Shown here: one piece after another, positions 1-9,120 of the stretch | How positions within the stretch are numbered: the first letter of the stretch is position 1 | How the letters are laid out: each line of letters starts with the position of its first letter | NCBI GenBank assembly: GCA_022826945.1 | Contig: JAJDTY010000080.1 | Location: 34,005 to 98,004, forward strand | From: Candidatus Binatia bacterium | Lineage (GTDB): Bacteria > Desulfobacterota > Binatia > Bin18 | DNA length: 64,000 bases | Direction: 5' to 3' | Program-made: the position numbers and the translations under genes | Notes under the pieces: model-generated | What the model saw: only the letters and a program-made list of their open reading frames with translations | What the model was told of the DNA's origin: nothing | Databases searched by the model: none

Positions 1-986
1 TAGGCAAGGGTGAAGGTTACCTGCCCCATCAGAAAGCCCATCGTCACCTTCTTGCGTCCGATGCGGTCGCTCAGCCAGCCGGCGAAGGTATTACCAACGA
101 TTGCAAACGCCCCGGCCCCAAACGTCATCAGGCCCACGCCGCCCGGTGTCCAGCCGTGCACGTCCTGGAGATATTTCGGGCCGAAAAAATTGGCCCCTGA
201 CTCGGCAACAGCAACCACAAACAACACCGTGGTCACGGCCAGCAGGCGGCCCGGGTACATATGCACGAGATTCACCAGGGGCTGAAGCATGGTGTCTGCG
301 CGCTGCCGGCGATGGGCCTCGAATCGAGCCGTCTCCGGTAGCGCCCGGCGCCAATAGGCCAGCAGCAATAAGGGACCCAGCCCCACCAGATACAGACCCC
401 GCCAGCCGTTCTCCAGGTGGCCGACCACGGCAAAGAGCAGCGCGGCCAGCCCCGCGCCCGTAGACTGGATGGCGGCTAACGCACCAATGCCCCAACCCCG
501 GACTTCGGGGTCAAATTCCTCGGCAATCACGACGACCGCCAACAGTGACTCGGCCACGGCAAAGGTCCGGGCGAAAAACTGGCACACCACAAAAATGGTG
601 GCATTGGGTGAAAAAGCGGTGGCCCCCGTGAACAGGGTATAGGCCAGAATGGTGAACAGCAGCACCCGCCGTCGGCCGATGCGGTCGGCGACCAGGGCGA
701 CGCCAAAGGCCGGCAGCGCACCAAAACGGACAATGGAGCCCAGATAGCCGAGTTGGTCTTCGGCAATCCCCAGTCCGGCCTGTATCTGTTTGAGCGACAG
801 GGTGAACAGATACAGGTCGTACATCTCAAAGAAAGAAGCCGCCGCCACGAGGCCCAGCACACGCCACTGCCGGCGGGTAAGGGCCGGTGGACGGCCCAGA
901 AACCAGGCGAACCGCAGCCAGCCGGGTCGATAGGTGCGGTCCGCCTCAACAGACGGAACCGGTTGGTGAGAGATCGGATCAGACAT
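1..986 (-). CDS. MFS transporter (partial; C-terminus runs off the left window edge)
   Basis: Own translation of the minus strand from the ATG at 986-984: MSDPISHQPVPSVEADRTYRPGWLRFAWFLG...FTILAYTLFTGATAFSPN...GWLSDRIGRKKV. It is hydrophobic with the MFS 'D-R-x-G-R-R/K' loop motif twice. It is absent from the ORF track because no stop lies in the window; the listed 527..994 ORF is in the wrong frame. Confidence 0.8.
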   Translation of the reverse strand, partial: MSDPISHQPVPSVEADRTYRPGWLRFAWFLGRPPALTRRQWRVLGLVAAASFFEMYDLYLFTLSLKQIQAGLGIAEDQLGYLGSIVRFGALPAFGVALVADRIGRRRVLLFTILAYTLFTGATAFSPNATIFVVCQFFARTFAVAESLLAVVVIAEEFDPEVRGWGIGALAAIQSTGAGLAALLFAVVGHLENGWRGLYLVGLGPLLLLAYWRRALPETARFEAHRRQRADTMLQPLVNLVHMYPGRLLAVTTVLFVVAVAESGANFFGPKYLQDVHGWTPGGVGLMTFGAGAFAIVGNTFAGWLSDRIGRKKVTMGFLMGQVTFTLA

Positions 987-1135
987 GGAAGCAAGCTTTC
1001 GGCTGTTGGTCTATGCGCATTCTTGAGTCTAGGGGGTATACAACCTGGCCTCTAGTAGGGAACGCCCCAGAAATGCTAAACAGGGGATGTCGTCTACAGG
1101 AAAGCATCCACAGGAAAGCAAAGGAGGGAACCTGC

Positions 1136-2371
1136 ATGGCCACTGCTGCACTCGACGCACCGCTGAAAAACGGAGCGACCCAGACCTGGCACGAGAAGTA
1201 CAACTTTGACACCGGCCCCATTCCGATTGAGCCGTATATCTCCGAGGACTATTTCAAGCTCGAACAGGAGCGCGTCTTTCGGAAAGTATGGCTGAATGTC
1301 GGTCGGATTGAGCAGATTCCGAACCCCGGCGATTATTTTGTCAAAGACCTGCCCATGTGTCGCACCTCTCTGATCGTGACCCGTGACAAAAAGGGTCAGA
1401 TTCGCGCCTTCCACAATATGTGCGCCCATCGTGGCAACAAGGTGGTGTGGAACAGCGGCGGCTCCTGCCAGAACTTCACCTGCAAGTTTCACGGCTGGAG
1501 TTATGGACTCGACGGGACACTCAAATTCGTGCCAGACGAAGAGAGTTTTTTTGATCTCAAGAAAGAGCAACTTGGATTGACACCAGTGGCGATTGATACC
1601 TGGGAGGGGTTTATTTTCGTTAATGTTGATCCCAACCCGGCTGAAACCCTCCAGGCATACCTGGGCGAATTCGCCGAACGGCTGAGCGGCTATCCCTTTG
1701 CCGAGACGTCCAGCCAGTGTTTTTCCTGGCAAACGGAGATCAAGTGCAACTGGAAACTGATTAAGGACGCCTTTCAGGAAGCCTACCATGTGGCTTTTCT
1801 GCATACCCGCAGCCTGCCCGACTCCTTTACCAGCCGTGACAATCCCTTTGGCCATGCGCTCGACTTCCGGCTCTTCGAACGCCACTGCCAGCTCTCCGCC
1901 TTCGGCAATCCCGAACACAAGCCCAGTCCGGTTGAGGCTCTGGCGTATCAGGCCGGATCACTCATTATTCCCAATGAGTTCACGCGTGAATCCCTGCCAT
2001 CAGGGGTGAACCCCACCCGCGACCCGCGCTGGTCGCTCGACCTCAACATCTTTTTCCCCAACTTTTTTGTTGATGTGGGCCACGGCACGTATTTTACGTA
2101 TAATTTCTGGCCGTTGGCGGCTGACCGGTCCCTCTGGGAAGTGCGATCGTATTTCCCAAGGGCGCACACCGCAGCCCAGCGTTTCAGCCAGGAATACAGC
2201 AAGGTCATCTTCCGTGACATCCTCACCGAAGATGCCAGCACGCTGGAGCAGACCCAGGAAGTGCTGGCCTCGGGCGCGAAAAAGGAATTCATCCTCCAAG
2301 ACCAGGAACTCCTGGTGCGCTTCGGTAACCGGGTGCTGGAAGACTATATCAACGGCGCACGAGCGCAGTAA
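1136..2371 (+). CDS. Rieske (2Fe-2S) aromatic ring-hydroxylating oxygenase, alpha subunit
   Basis: Rieske motifs 'CAHRG' and 'CKFHGW'. Mononuclear iron motif 'EAYHVAFLH'. Start set at the ATG at 1136, preceded by the AAGGAGGGA RBS; the 887 start would overlap the divergent MFS gene. Confidence 0.85.
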   Translation: MATAALDAPLKNGATQTWHEKYNFDTGPIPIEPYISEDYFKLEQERVFRKVWLNVGRIEQIPNPGDYFVKDLPMCRTSLIVTRDKKGQIRAFHNMCAHRGNKVVWNSGGSCQNFTCKFHGWSYGLDGTLKFVPDEESFFDLKKEQLGLTPVAIDTWEGFIFVNVDPNPAETLQAYLGEFAERLSGYPFAETSSQCFSWQTEIKCNWKLIKDAFQEAYHVAFLHTRSLPDSFTSRDNPFGHALDFRLFERHCQLSAFGNPEHKPSPVEALAYQAGSLIIPNEFTRESLPSGVNPTRDPRWSLDLNIFFPNFFVDVGHGTYFTYNFWPLAADRSLWEVRSYFPRAHTAAQRFSQEYSKVIFRDILTEDASTLEQTQEVLASGAKKEFILQDQELLVRFGNRVLEDYINGARAQ

Positions 2372-2394
2372 CACAGGAATCTCACCGCAACAGG

Positions 2395-2419
2395 GGCGAC
2401 CTCCGGGTCGCCTTTTTTT
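2395..2419. terminator. Rho-independent terminator between convergent genes
   Basis: ggcgacc-tccg-ggtcgcc followed by ttttttt, directly after the Rieske stop codon and abutting the hydrolase stop codon. Confidence 0.75.
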
Positions 2420-3200
2420 ACAGAAAGCGTTGCAAAAACGAGACGGCCGCCCGGTTGAACGCTTCCGGCGCTTCAAGGTTGACTGCATGCCCGGCCTCGG
2501 CTTCAACAACTTCCAAATGGGGTAAGGTCTGCTCGGCAAAGCGGCGGCGTGGCTCGAAGCGTTCTTCTTGCGTGCCACACACCAGCAGGGTCGGCACCCG
2601 ATTGGTTTTCATTAATGCCGGATCAATGGGATCGGCGAGTGAGGTATAGCGCGCCGTGTAGGCGGCTCCGAGGGGATCGTGGCGCGTCGCATCCGTGCAC
2701 AGCGCCTGTTTGAATTCCGGGGCGAGACGGCGCGCATTCTTTGGGTGGACGGCGATTCTTTCGAGCGCGGCCGCCCCATCGCGCTTCGCCAGCGCAATCA
2801 GTTTGTCGGTCCCCGGCCGGACCTCTCGTACCCAGTCCATACTGCTGAACGCGGTCGAGGAATTGGTCACCAGGTGAGCCAGGACTCGGTCCGGATGGGC
2901 CAAGACATAGCGGAGGGTCAGGCCGGCTCCAAGCGACTGACCAATGACAAACCAGTCTGCTACGCCAAGCGTTTCCCGGATGCATTCAAACGCCTCCACG
3001 TAGCGCTCCGGAGCGTACTCGTGGGGGTTGTCGGGGGCGGGTGAGCGGCCGTGGCCGAACAGCTCAACCACCACCGGGCGGCACACCGTAGACAGCGCCG
3101 CCAGATTGGGCAGCCACTGCGCCCGGCTTGAGAGAAAGCCGTGCAGCATCAGCGCATACGGTCCCTGTCCGGCCTGGACCTCGTAGTATGGCAGCAGCAT
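2418..3200 (-). CDS. Alpha/beta-fold hydrolase
   Basis: 'HGFLSS' oxyanion region and 'GQSLGAG' nucleophile elbow (GxSxG). Start placed at the internal Met (MLLPYYEVQ); the upstream 55 codons of the ORF look non-coding. Confidence 0.8.
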   Translation of the reverse strand: MLLPYYEVQAGQGPYALMLHGFLSSRAQWLPNLAALSTVCRPVVVELFGHGRSPAPDNPHEYAPERYVEAFECIRETLGVADWFVIGQSLGAGLTLRYVLAHPDRVLAHLVTNSSTAFSSMDWVREVRPGTDKLIALAKRDGAAALERIAVHPKNARRLAPEFKQALCTDATRHDPLGAAYTARYTSLADPIDPALMKTNRVPTLLVCGTQEERFEPRRRFAEQTLPHLEVVEAEAGHAVNLEAPEAFNRAAVSFLQRFL

Positions 3201-3279
3201 GGACGGTGTTCTTAACACGAACACAGGTAAGCGGGATATGGGGGAATACGGTCTGCTTGAAACTTCCTGTGACTGGTAT

Positions 3280-3750
3280 TCACCATTGCTGGACGGGCGA
3301 TTCGGGCGATGGCGGACAGACGCCAAGACACCTTTCCTGCTGAGAAGAATCCGGTAATCCCTCAATCTGCGCAGGGTTTACCGCGCTGATCAGAAAGGTG
3401 CGCTTTTTATAATACAGCCGTCCTTCAAAATGCAGCGGCAGCCCTTCGGCTGCATCACTTTGGATATATTTCATGATGGAGGCCGGTCCGGTAAAGAAAA
3501 GAAAGCGCCCAAAATGGCGGAGCACCGTCGGCGTAGAGTTGCCGGCCATCCGTACCTCAACATCCCGGATGCGCATTTTCCATACTGCGCCGTCCAGACT
3601 GATTTCAAAGTACGGATACAGCTCGCTGATCTCATCGTCCGGGCGAATCAACACACCGGTCAACCGTATGGGGACGCTCTGCGCGGCGGCGCTGAGCGCG
3701 TCAGACAACAGGAGGAGGGCAATAAAAAGTACACAAGCGGTCGGTCGCAT
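3280..3750 (-). CDS. Hypothetical secreted protein (paralog of 34993..35475)
   Basis: Signal peptide MRPTACVLFIALLLLSDALSAAAQ. Same layout as the 34993..35475 product, including a shared C-terminal motif (GRLYYKKRTFLISAV vs GFFYRTSGRLTLVSAI). Confidence 0.55.
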   Translation of the reverse strand: MRPTACVLFIALLLLSDALSAAAQSVPIRLTGVLIRPDDEISELYPYFEISLDGAVWKMRIRDVEVRMAGNSTPTVLRHFGRFLFFTGPASIMKYIQSDAAEGLPLHFEGRLYYKKRTFLISAVNPAQIEGLPDSSQQERCLGVCPPSPESPVQQW

Positions 3751-3884
3751 ACATCCTCTGTGTCTTCGGCGTCCCCCTGGTTTAGACGGCTGAAGGACGA
3801 CACGGAATATGGAAATACTCTGGTCACATATATGGATTCTGCTACAAGGCAGGGGAATGCTACAAGCAAGGAGCCACAGCACCC

Positions 3885-4160
3885 ATGAATACGGAACAGA
3901 TCAAGAGCTCTCTCAATACCGAAGGCGCGGCCATGCTGTATTGGATTTGTCTGATGCTTGGTGTCTTCATGTGGACGATAGGCGAACTCACCACCACCTC
4001 GCACCTCCGACAGATATCACGCGATGTCGAGGAACTGAAAGCCCTGGTGGAGGAGGTCCAGGAGCAGACCGAATGTGTGGAAATGGCGCACGGGACCGAC
4101 CCCAAGCGCAACGTCTCCAGCCAGGATCGATATGGCCCGGACTGGGCGGGTCAAACGTAA
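3885..4160 (+). CDS. Hypothetical small membrane protein
   Basis: 91-aa ORF with one hydrophobic helix (AAMLYWICLMLGVFMWTIG) followed by a charged coiled tail. AAGGAG lies 12 nt upstream. Confidence 0.4.
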   Translation: MNTEQIKSSLNTEGAAMLYWICLMLGVFMWTIGELTTTSHLRQISRDVEELKALVEEVQEQTECVEMAHGTDPKRNVSSQDRYGPDWAGQT

Positions 4161-4253
4161 AAAAAGCCGCGCATGCTCTGAATGAGGACCTTACCACCGG
4201 ACACAACGCCAAGACCGCGAAACGGTATCCGTGCGGAATCAGGGGAGCACCAA

Positions 4254-4466
4254 ATGGGCACTGGATACACCATCGTTATCGAGAAGGACGAAGACGGGTA
4301 TTACGTGGGGAGTGTTCCTGCCCTTCCTGGCTGTCATACCCAAGGTACGTCCATTGACCAGTTGCTCGAACGGATGCAGGAGGCAATCTCCCTCTAGCTT
4401 GAGGTTGAGGGTGAAGACGCACCACGCCCACTGGAACTGGTCGGTGTCCAAAGAATCTCTGTATGA
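4254..4466 (+). pseudogene. hicB: HicB-family antitoxin (UPF0150) interrupted by an in-frame TAG at 4395-4397
   Basis: MGTGYTIVIEKDEDGYYVGSVPALPGCHTQGTSIDQLLERMQEAISL*LEVEGEDAPRPLELVGVQRISV*. The HicB-like sequence continues in frame after the TAG to the TGA at 4464-4466. Confidence 0.7.
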
Positions 4467-4500
4467 CCAGACTCCCGCACGTGACGGGCGCAGTTCTTCC
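4463..4500 (+). pseudogene. HicA toxin N-terminal stub (remnant)
   Basis: Its ATG overlaps the hicB TGA (ATGA). 'MTRLPHVTGA' resembles the HicA N-terminal 'M..LP.vsG' motif. No further HicA-like sequence follows in any frame before the GST start at 4580. Confidence 0.35.
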
Positions 4501-4579
4501 TCCCTCACTCATAGACGCGACCAAGCCCCTTCCCGTATGTTGGGCTCCTGTCCAACATACCTGGAAGGAGTACCTCGTC

Positions 4580-5185
4580 ATGCACCTCTACGATTTTCCA
4601 CAGTCGCCCAACTGCCGCCGGGTACGGATGTATCTGGCGGAAAAAGGGATCACTCTTAGTCTCAAACCGCTCGACTTGTTGAGCGGTGAGCAAAGAACAC
4701 CGGCCTACCTCCACAAAAATCCCTTTGGCGCAGTCCCGCTGCTTGAACTCGACGACGGCTCGGTCATTCCGGAGTCGCTGGCCATTATCGAATATCTGGA
4801 AGAGTATCATCCCGACCCGCCACTGTTTGGCACGACGCCGCTTGAACGCGCCCAAGTGCGGGCGTGGGAGCGCCGGGCGGAGTTTGGGGTCTTGCTCCAA
4901 GGAACCCGCCGCTTTTTACATACCAGCCCGTATTTTGCCGAGCGGGTCGAACAAAGTCCGAAAGTGGTCGAGGAAGCCGGTCAGGTGCTCAGCGAACGGC
5001 TCTCCCTCTTCAATACGCATCTGCAAGACCACGAATGGCTGGCCGGTGCCTACTCGGTGGCCGACATCTCGCTGTTTGTAGCCATTGAGTTTGCCGCCAT
5101 GTCGGACTTTCAACTCGATCCGGCCTGGGAGGACATGCAGCGCTGGTACTCGGTTATCCGGCAACGTCCAAGCGCGGCGGCGTGA
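4580..5185 (+). CDS. Glutathione S-transferase
   Basis: MHLYDFPQSPNCRRVRMYLAEKGI...VPLLELDDGSVIPESLAIIEYL is a GST N-terminal thioredoxin-like fold. GGAAGGAG RBS precedes the ATG at 4580. Confidence 0.85.
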   Translation: MHLYDFPQSPNCRRVRMYLAEKGITLSLKPLDLLSGEQRTPAYLHKNPFGAVPLLELDDGSVIPESLAIIEYLEEYHPDPPLFGTTPLERAQVRAWERRAEFGVLLQGTRRFLHTSPYFAERVEQSPKVVEEAGQVLSERLSLFNTHLQDHEWLAGAYSVADISLFVAIEFAAMSDFQLDPAWEDMQRWYSVIRQRPSAAA

Positions 5186-5312
5186 TACGTCTTCTGACGT
5201 ATGCCGCAAATGAGATTGCCCGGCGGTTTTGCCCTCATCCCCAGCCTGAGCTTGTCGAAAGGCCGGGTGAGGGGTACAACGGCTGCCGATACTGCGTGAG
5301 AAGGAGAGAAAT

Positions 5313-6281
5313 ATGAAAGCCGTTGTTTTCGACCAGCTCGGTGGTCCGGAGGTCTTACAACTTGGGGATGCGCCCGACCCGGAGGTACGGCGGGGCAAGG
5401 TGTTGATCAAGAATCATGCAATCGGCATCAACTTCGCGGATACCCTCTTCCGCCAGGGCCAGTATGCCATGCAGCCCAAGCTGCCGGACATCCCAGGGCT
5501 TGAAGCGGCCGGAGTGGTTGAGGCGGTTGGTGACGGTGTGGAGGGGATCAAACCGGGCGACCGGGTGACTTCGATCGGCATGAAGACATATGCCGAATAC
5601 TCGCTTGCGTCAGCCGGCCAGGTCATGGCCCTGCCCGACTCGGTCAGTTTTGAGCAGGGTGCGGCCTTTCCGATTCAGGTGCTGACCGCCTATCATATGC
5701 TTTTCACCTCCCATAATCTGACCGCCGACCAGTCGGTCATCGTCCATTCGGCAGCCGGCGGTGTTGGCCTCGCCGCGGTGCAGATTGCCAAAGCGGTCGG
5801 GGCGCGAGTGATCGGTACGGTCTCGACCGAGGAGAAGGCAGTCCTGGCCAAGGAGTACGGCGCGGACGAGGTCATCAATTATGCCACCCAGGACTTCGCG
5901 GAGGAGACGCTCAAGCTGACCGACGGCAAAGGCGTGGACCTGATTCTTGATGCGGTGGGTAAGCCTACCCTGGAGAAGGGCCTGGGCTGTCTGGCGCCGT
6001 TCGGCCATCTGATTCTCTACGGTCGGTCCGGCGGCGTGCCCGACCCGCTCAATCTGTTTGGGCTGTTCCAGAAATCCATCAAGGTCAGCGGCTTTATTTT
6101 ATATACGGTCTCGGCCATGCCGGAGGTCCATCAGAAAGGCATTCGGCAATCGCTCCAGTTCATGGACGAGGGCAAGCTCAAGCTGCTGATTGGCAAGTCC
6201 TTTCCTCTGGCGGAAGCGGCCGAGGCCCATCGCCACATGGAGTCGCGCCAGTCGGTTGGAAAGCTCGTCTTGATTCCGTAG
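5313..6281 (+). CDS. NADPH:quinone oxidoreductase / zinc-type MDR family
   Basis: MDR fold with the nucleotide-binding motif 'AAGGVGLAAVQIAKAVGARVIG'. GAAGGAGAG RBS. Confidence 0.85.
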   Translation: MKAVVFDQLGGPEVLQLGDAPDPEVRRGKVLIKNHAIGINFADTLFRQGQYAMQPKLPDIPGLEAAGVVEAVGDGVEGIKPGDRVTSIGMKTYAEYSLASAGQVMALPDSVSFEQGAAFPIQVLTAYHMLFTSHNLTADQSVIVHSAAGGVGLAAVQIAKAVGARVIGTVSTEEKAVLAKEYGADEVINYATQDFAEETLKLTDGKGVDLILDAVGKPTLEKGLGCLAPFGHLILYGRSGGVPDPLNLFGLFQKSIKVSGFILYTVSAMPEVHQKGIRQSLQFMDEGKLKLLIGKSFPLAEAAEAHRHMESRQSVGKLVLIP

Positions 6282-6313
6282 GACGGGCGACGGCGAGACA
6301 AGGAGGCTCCGCC

Positions 6314-7633
6314 ATGACCTGGCAAGCACAGTGGAGCGATAAACTGGTGAGCGCGGACGCCGCGCTCGACCGGATCGCGCCGACCGACCACGTTTTTACC
6401 GCCGGCCTAACCGGGACGCCGTTTACGCTGTGCCGGGCGCTGGTCGAAAACAGGGAACGCTTGCGGGGTCTGCGCCTCAACACGCTGATTTCCCTGTTTG
6501 ACTGGAATCTGCCCGGCCTCGACGCATACTTTCATTTCGAGTCGTGGTATCTGAGCCGGCGCGAACGGCCCCTGCTCTACCAGGGCAAGCTCGACTATGT
6601 GCCGGTTTCCTACTTCCGAGCGGAGGCCCTCCCCTACGGTATTGACGATCTGGACGTGTATCTGGTGACCGTGTCGCCGCCCGACCGGCACGGCAACTGT
6701 AGTTTTGGCACGTGCGTCGGCATGTCGCCGCTGATGACGCAGCGGGCCGCCCGGGTCATTGTCGAAGTTGACCCGAGTTTCGTCAGAACGGGCGGGACGA
6801 ACACGATTCATGTCTCGGAAATTGACTGCTTGGTCGAACGTCAGAGTCCGCCGGCCACGCTGGTCACACCCGAGACCTTTACTCAGGAAAAGCAGGACAT
6901 GATCGACGCCATCTGTATGCAGATCGCCAACGATTTGCTGGAAGATGGGGATACGATTCAGATTGGAGCGGGCGATATGACCAGCCCGCTGCTCGGTTAT
7001 GTGTATGGTCGGCGTGATCTCGGGATGCAGACCGAGATTATTCCGCCGGGGGTCGTGGCACTGGTGCGGGAAGGCATCCTGACCGGAACAAACAAGACTG
7101 TTCATCCGGGCAAAGTGGTGGGCACCGCCTTCCACCCGCAGTTGAGTGCTGAAGAGCTGGACTTTATTGACCGGAACCCGGTCTTTGAGCTGTACGATTT
7201 CAACTATACCGACGACATTCGGCTGCTGAGCAAAGACCCGCGCTTCACGGCCATCAATAATGCCTTGAGCGTTGATCTCACCGGACAGGTCGCGTCCGAA
7301 TCCATCGGCTGGCAGATGTTCACCGGCACGGGCGGCCAGACCGCGTTCGCCATTGCGGCCTGTCTGGCCGGCGGAAAATCCATTATTGCGGTGCCGTCGA
7401 GTTCGTTCCTCGATGGCGCGCGGATTTCCCGCATCGTGCCTACCTTGGCCCCCGGAACCGTTGTCACGACTCCGCGGGCTTTTGTGGACTATCTGGTCAC
7501 GGAATACGGGATCGCCACGTTGCGCGGCAAGAGTCTCCGCCAACGCGCACAGGCTCTGACCAGCGTGGCACATCCGGACTTTCGGGCCGAGCTGCAGGAA
7601 GAAGCGGAACGGATGTTTCATGGACAGGACTGA
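6314..7633 (+). CDS. Acetyl-CoA hydrolase/transferase family protein (4-hydroxybutyrate CoA-transferase-like)
   Basis: Family-typical C-terminal region 'GTGGQTAFAIAA' and 'VTEYGIATLRGKSLRQRAQALTSVAHPDFR'. Paralog of 45501..46745. Confidence 0.8.
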   Translation: MTWQAQWSDKLVSADAALDRIAPTDHVFTAGLTGTPFTLCRALVENRERLRGLRLNTLISLFDWNLPGLDAYFHFESWYLSRRERPLLYQGKLDYVPVSYFRAEALPYGIDDLDVYLVTVSPPDRHGNCSFGTCVGMSPLMTQRAARVIVEVDPSFVRTGGTNTIHVSEIDCLVERQSPPATLVTPETFTQEKQDMIDAICMQIANDLLEDGDTIQIGAGDMTSPLLGYVYGRRDLGMQTEIIPPGVVALVREGILTGTNKTVHPGKVVGTAFHPQLSAEELDFIDRNPVFELYDFNYTDDIRLLSKDPRFTAINNALSVDLTGQVASESIGWQMFTGTGGQTAFAIAACLAGGKSIIAVPSSSFLDGARISRIVPTLAPGTVVTTPRAFVDYLVTEYGIATLRGKSLRQRAQALTSVAHPDFRAELQEEAERMFHGQD

Positions 7634-7716
7634 ACCCGCGATTCCACTCCCTCATTGACCCGGCGCGCGCAAGCTGTCATGAAAAGGGCTCATATCTTCA
7701 CCCTAAGGAGGACGCA

Positions 7717-8559
7717 GTGAAAATTGGTATTACGATGTTTGCAACGGACTATGCCATTCGGCCTGATACCCTGGCCAAGGAATGTGAGGACCGGGGCTTC
7801 GAGTCCATCTGGTTTCCCGAACACACTCATATCCCGGCCAGCCGCAAGAGCCCGTGGCCGGGCGGTGGGGAGCTGCCCAAGGAATATTGGCATACCCATG
7901 ATTTGTTTGTCGCGCTGACGGCAGCCGCGGCGGTGACCAGTACGATCAAGATCGGCAGTGGCATTTGCTTGGTGATCGAGCGTGACCCGATTACCATGGC
8001 CAACGAAGTGGCCTCCTTGGATCAACTCTCCAACGGGCGCTTGCTGTTCGGCATTGGCGGCGGCTGGAACGCCGAGGAAATGGAAAACCACGGCACGCCG
8101 TTCAATCGACGCTGGAAGGTTTGCCGCGAGCGTATCGAGGCCATGAAAGAAATCTGGGCCAATGAAGAGGCCGAGTATCACGGTGAGTTCGTGGACTTCG
8201 ATCCGATCTGGGCTTACCCCAAGCCGGTTCAGAAGCCTCACCCGCCGATTCTGATGGGAACCTTCAACGGCGGCTTGAAGCGGGTCGTCAATTATTGTGA
8301 CGGCTGGATTCCGGTCGGCTTTGATACCTCGACGCTGCCCGAATCGATAAAAGAGCTGCACGCCCTGGCTGAGCAGGCCGGTCGCTCGCCCGAGGAAGTG
8401 CCGGTCTCGGTTTTTGGCTCCTCCGATAAGGAAGAAGCCTTGGCCAGCCATCAAGAATTAGGCGTTGAGCGGGCCGTGCTGTTTCTCCCCTCGGCCGATG
8501 CGGACACCGTGCTGCCGCTCCTGGATCAGTACCAGCCCTATATCGCAAAGTTTGCGTAA
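7717..8559 (+). CDS. LLM-class (luciferase-like) F420-dependent oxidoreductase
   Basis: MKIGITMFATDYAIRPDTLAKECEDRGFESIWFPEHTHIP...GIGGGWNAEEMENHG. GTG start with AAGGAGGA RBS. Confidence 0.8.
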   Translation: MKIGITMFATDYAIRPDTLAKECEDRGFESIWFPEHTHIPASRKSPWPGGGELPKEYWHTHDLFVALTAAAAVTSTIKIGSGICLVIERDPITMANEVASLDQLSNGRLLFGIGGGWNAEEMENHGTPFNRRWKVCRERIEAMKEIWANEEAEYHGEFVDFDPIWAYPKPVQKPHPPILMGTFNGGLKRVVNYCDGWIPVGFDTSTLPESIKELHALAEQAGRSPEEVPVSVFGSSDKEEALASHQELGVERAVLFLPSADADTVLPLLDQYQPYIAKFA

Positions 8560-8566
8560 GTCGTTC

Positions 8567-8590
8567 AGGGGCGCACGGCCGTGCGCCCCT
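8567..8590. terminator. Perfect 10-bp GC hairpin after the LLM gene (no T-run)
   Basis: aggggcgcac-ggcc-gtgcgcccct, 8 nt after the stop codon. Confidence 0.5.
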
Positions 8591-8838
8591 CATAGTTCCT
8601 GATTACGAACACATCCACCGGAGTGTCTCTTGACATCGCCTCGGCACGAGAGGAGAGTGGATACGCCAACTGTGGGCGATTCACGCTTACCCTCTTCCGC
8701 ATCTCGCTTAAGCATCTATCCTCCATCGTTGACCGGTTTCTGACATCTCACCGTGCGGAGGTGTCGCTTACCTGGACGCTTACCGGTCGAGCCATGGGAG
8801 GAACTGGTAGTGCGCGGCGTTCGGAGGAGGATACCAGG

Positions 8839-8946
8839 ATGTTCGGCATACCGCTGGAAATTATTGCGATAGTGGGCTTTATTGTAGTGGCAGCCATTGC
8901 GATGTATCGGGCGGATCAAAAGAGAAAAAGCGCCTCAAGCGAATGA
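8839..8946 (+). CDS. Possible 35-aa single-helix membrane peptide
   Basis: MFGIPLEIIAIVGFIVVAAIAMYRADQKRKSASSE, preceded by GGAGGAGGA. The longer 8623 ORF upstream looks non-coding. Confidence 0.3.
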   Translation: MFGIPLEIIAIVGFIVVAAIAMYRADQKRKSASSE

Positions 8947-9120
8947 GTTGATCCGTCTTCACGGGAAGGTTGCTACGGGGCTGCTAGCGGCGTCTCAGCA
9001 GTCCCGTGAGTCAGACCTACAGTCCAGGCTGGCGTGATGCTGCGCAGGAAAGCCCAACCGCTTCCGAACGACGAACGAAGGCGGGTTTGAGGACTCCTGG
9101 TATGCATCCGTCCGTCCTTT

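Noticed and set aside
527-994. The 155-aa minus-strand ORF listed at 527..994.
   Set aside because: It is in the wrong frame. The adjacent frame starting at 986 gives a continuous MFS-transporter sequence to the window edge.
887-1135. N-terminal extensions of many track ORFs (887 for the Rieske gene; also 3365, 3882, 4463, 10875, 16124, 23097, 27100, 33504, 34820, 37935, 44307, 46773, 54565, 58181, 62311).
   Set aside because: The extensions have non-protein-like composition, overlap neighbouring genes, and internal ATG/GTG codons with good Shine-Dalgarno sequences coincide with family-typical N-termini.
6407-7621. Long antisense ORFs throughout the window (e.g. 6407..7621, 7690..8454, 16784..17485, 18527..19432, 19508..20218, 21668..22462, 22490..23218, 23352..24215, 28052..29170, 29675..30898, 38714..39799, 53180..53863, 60508..61332).
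   Set aside because: They are shadow ORFs typical of GC-rich DNA. Their translations are Arg/Gly/Pro/His-rich with no family motifs, while the opposite strand in each case encodes a protein with clear catalytic signatures.
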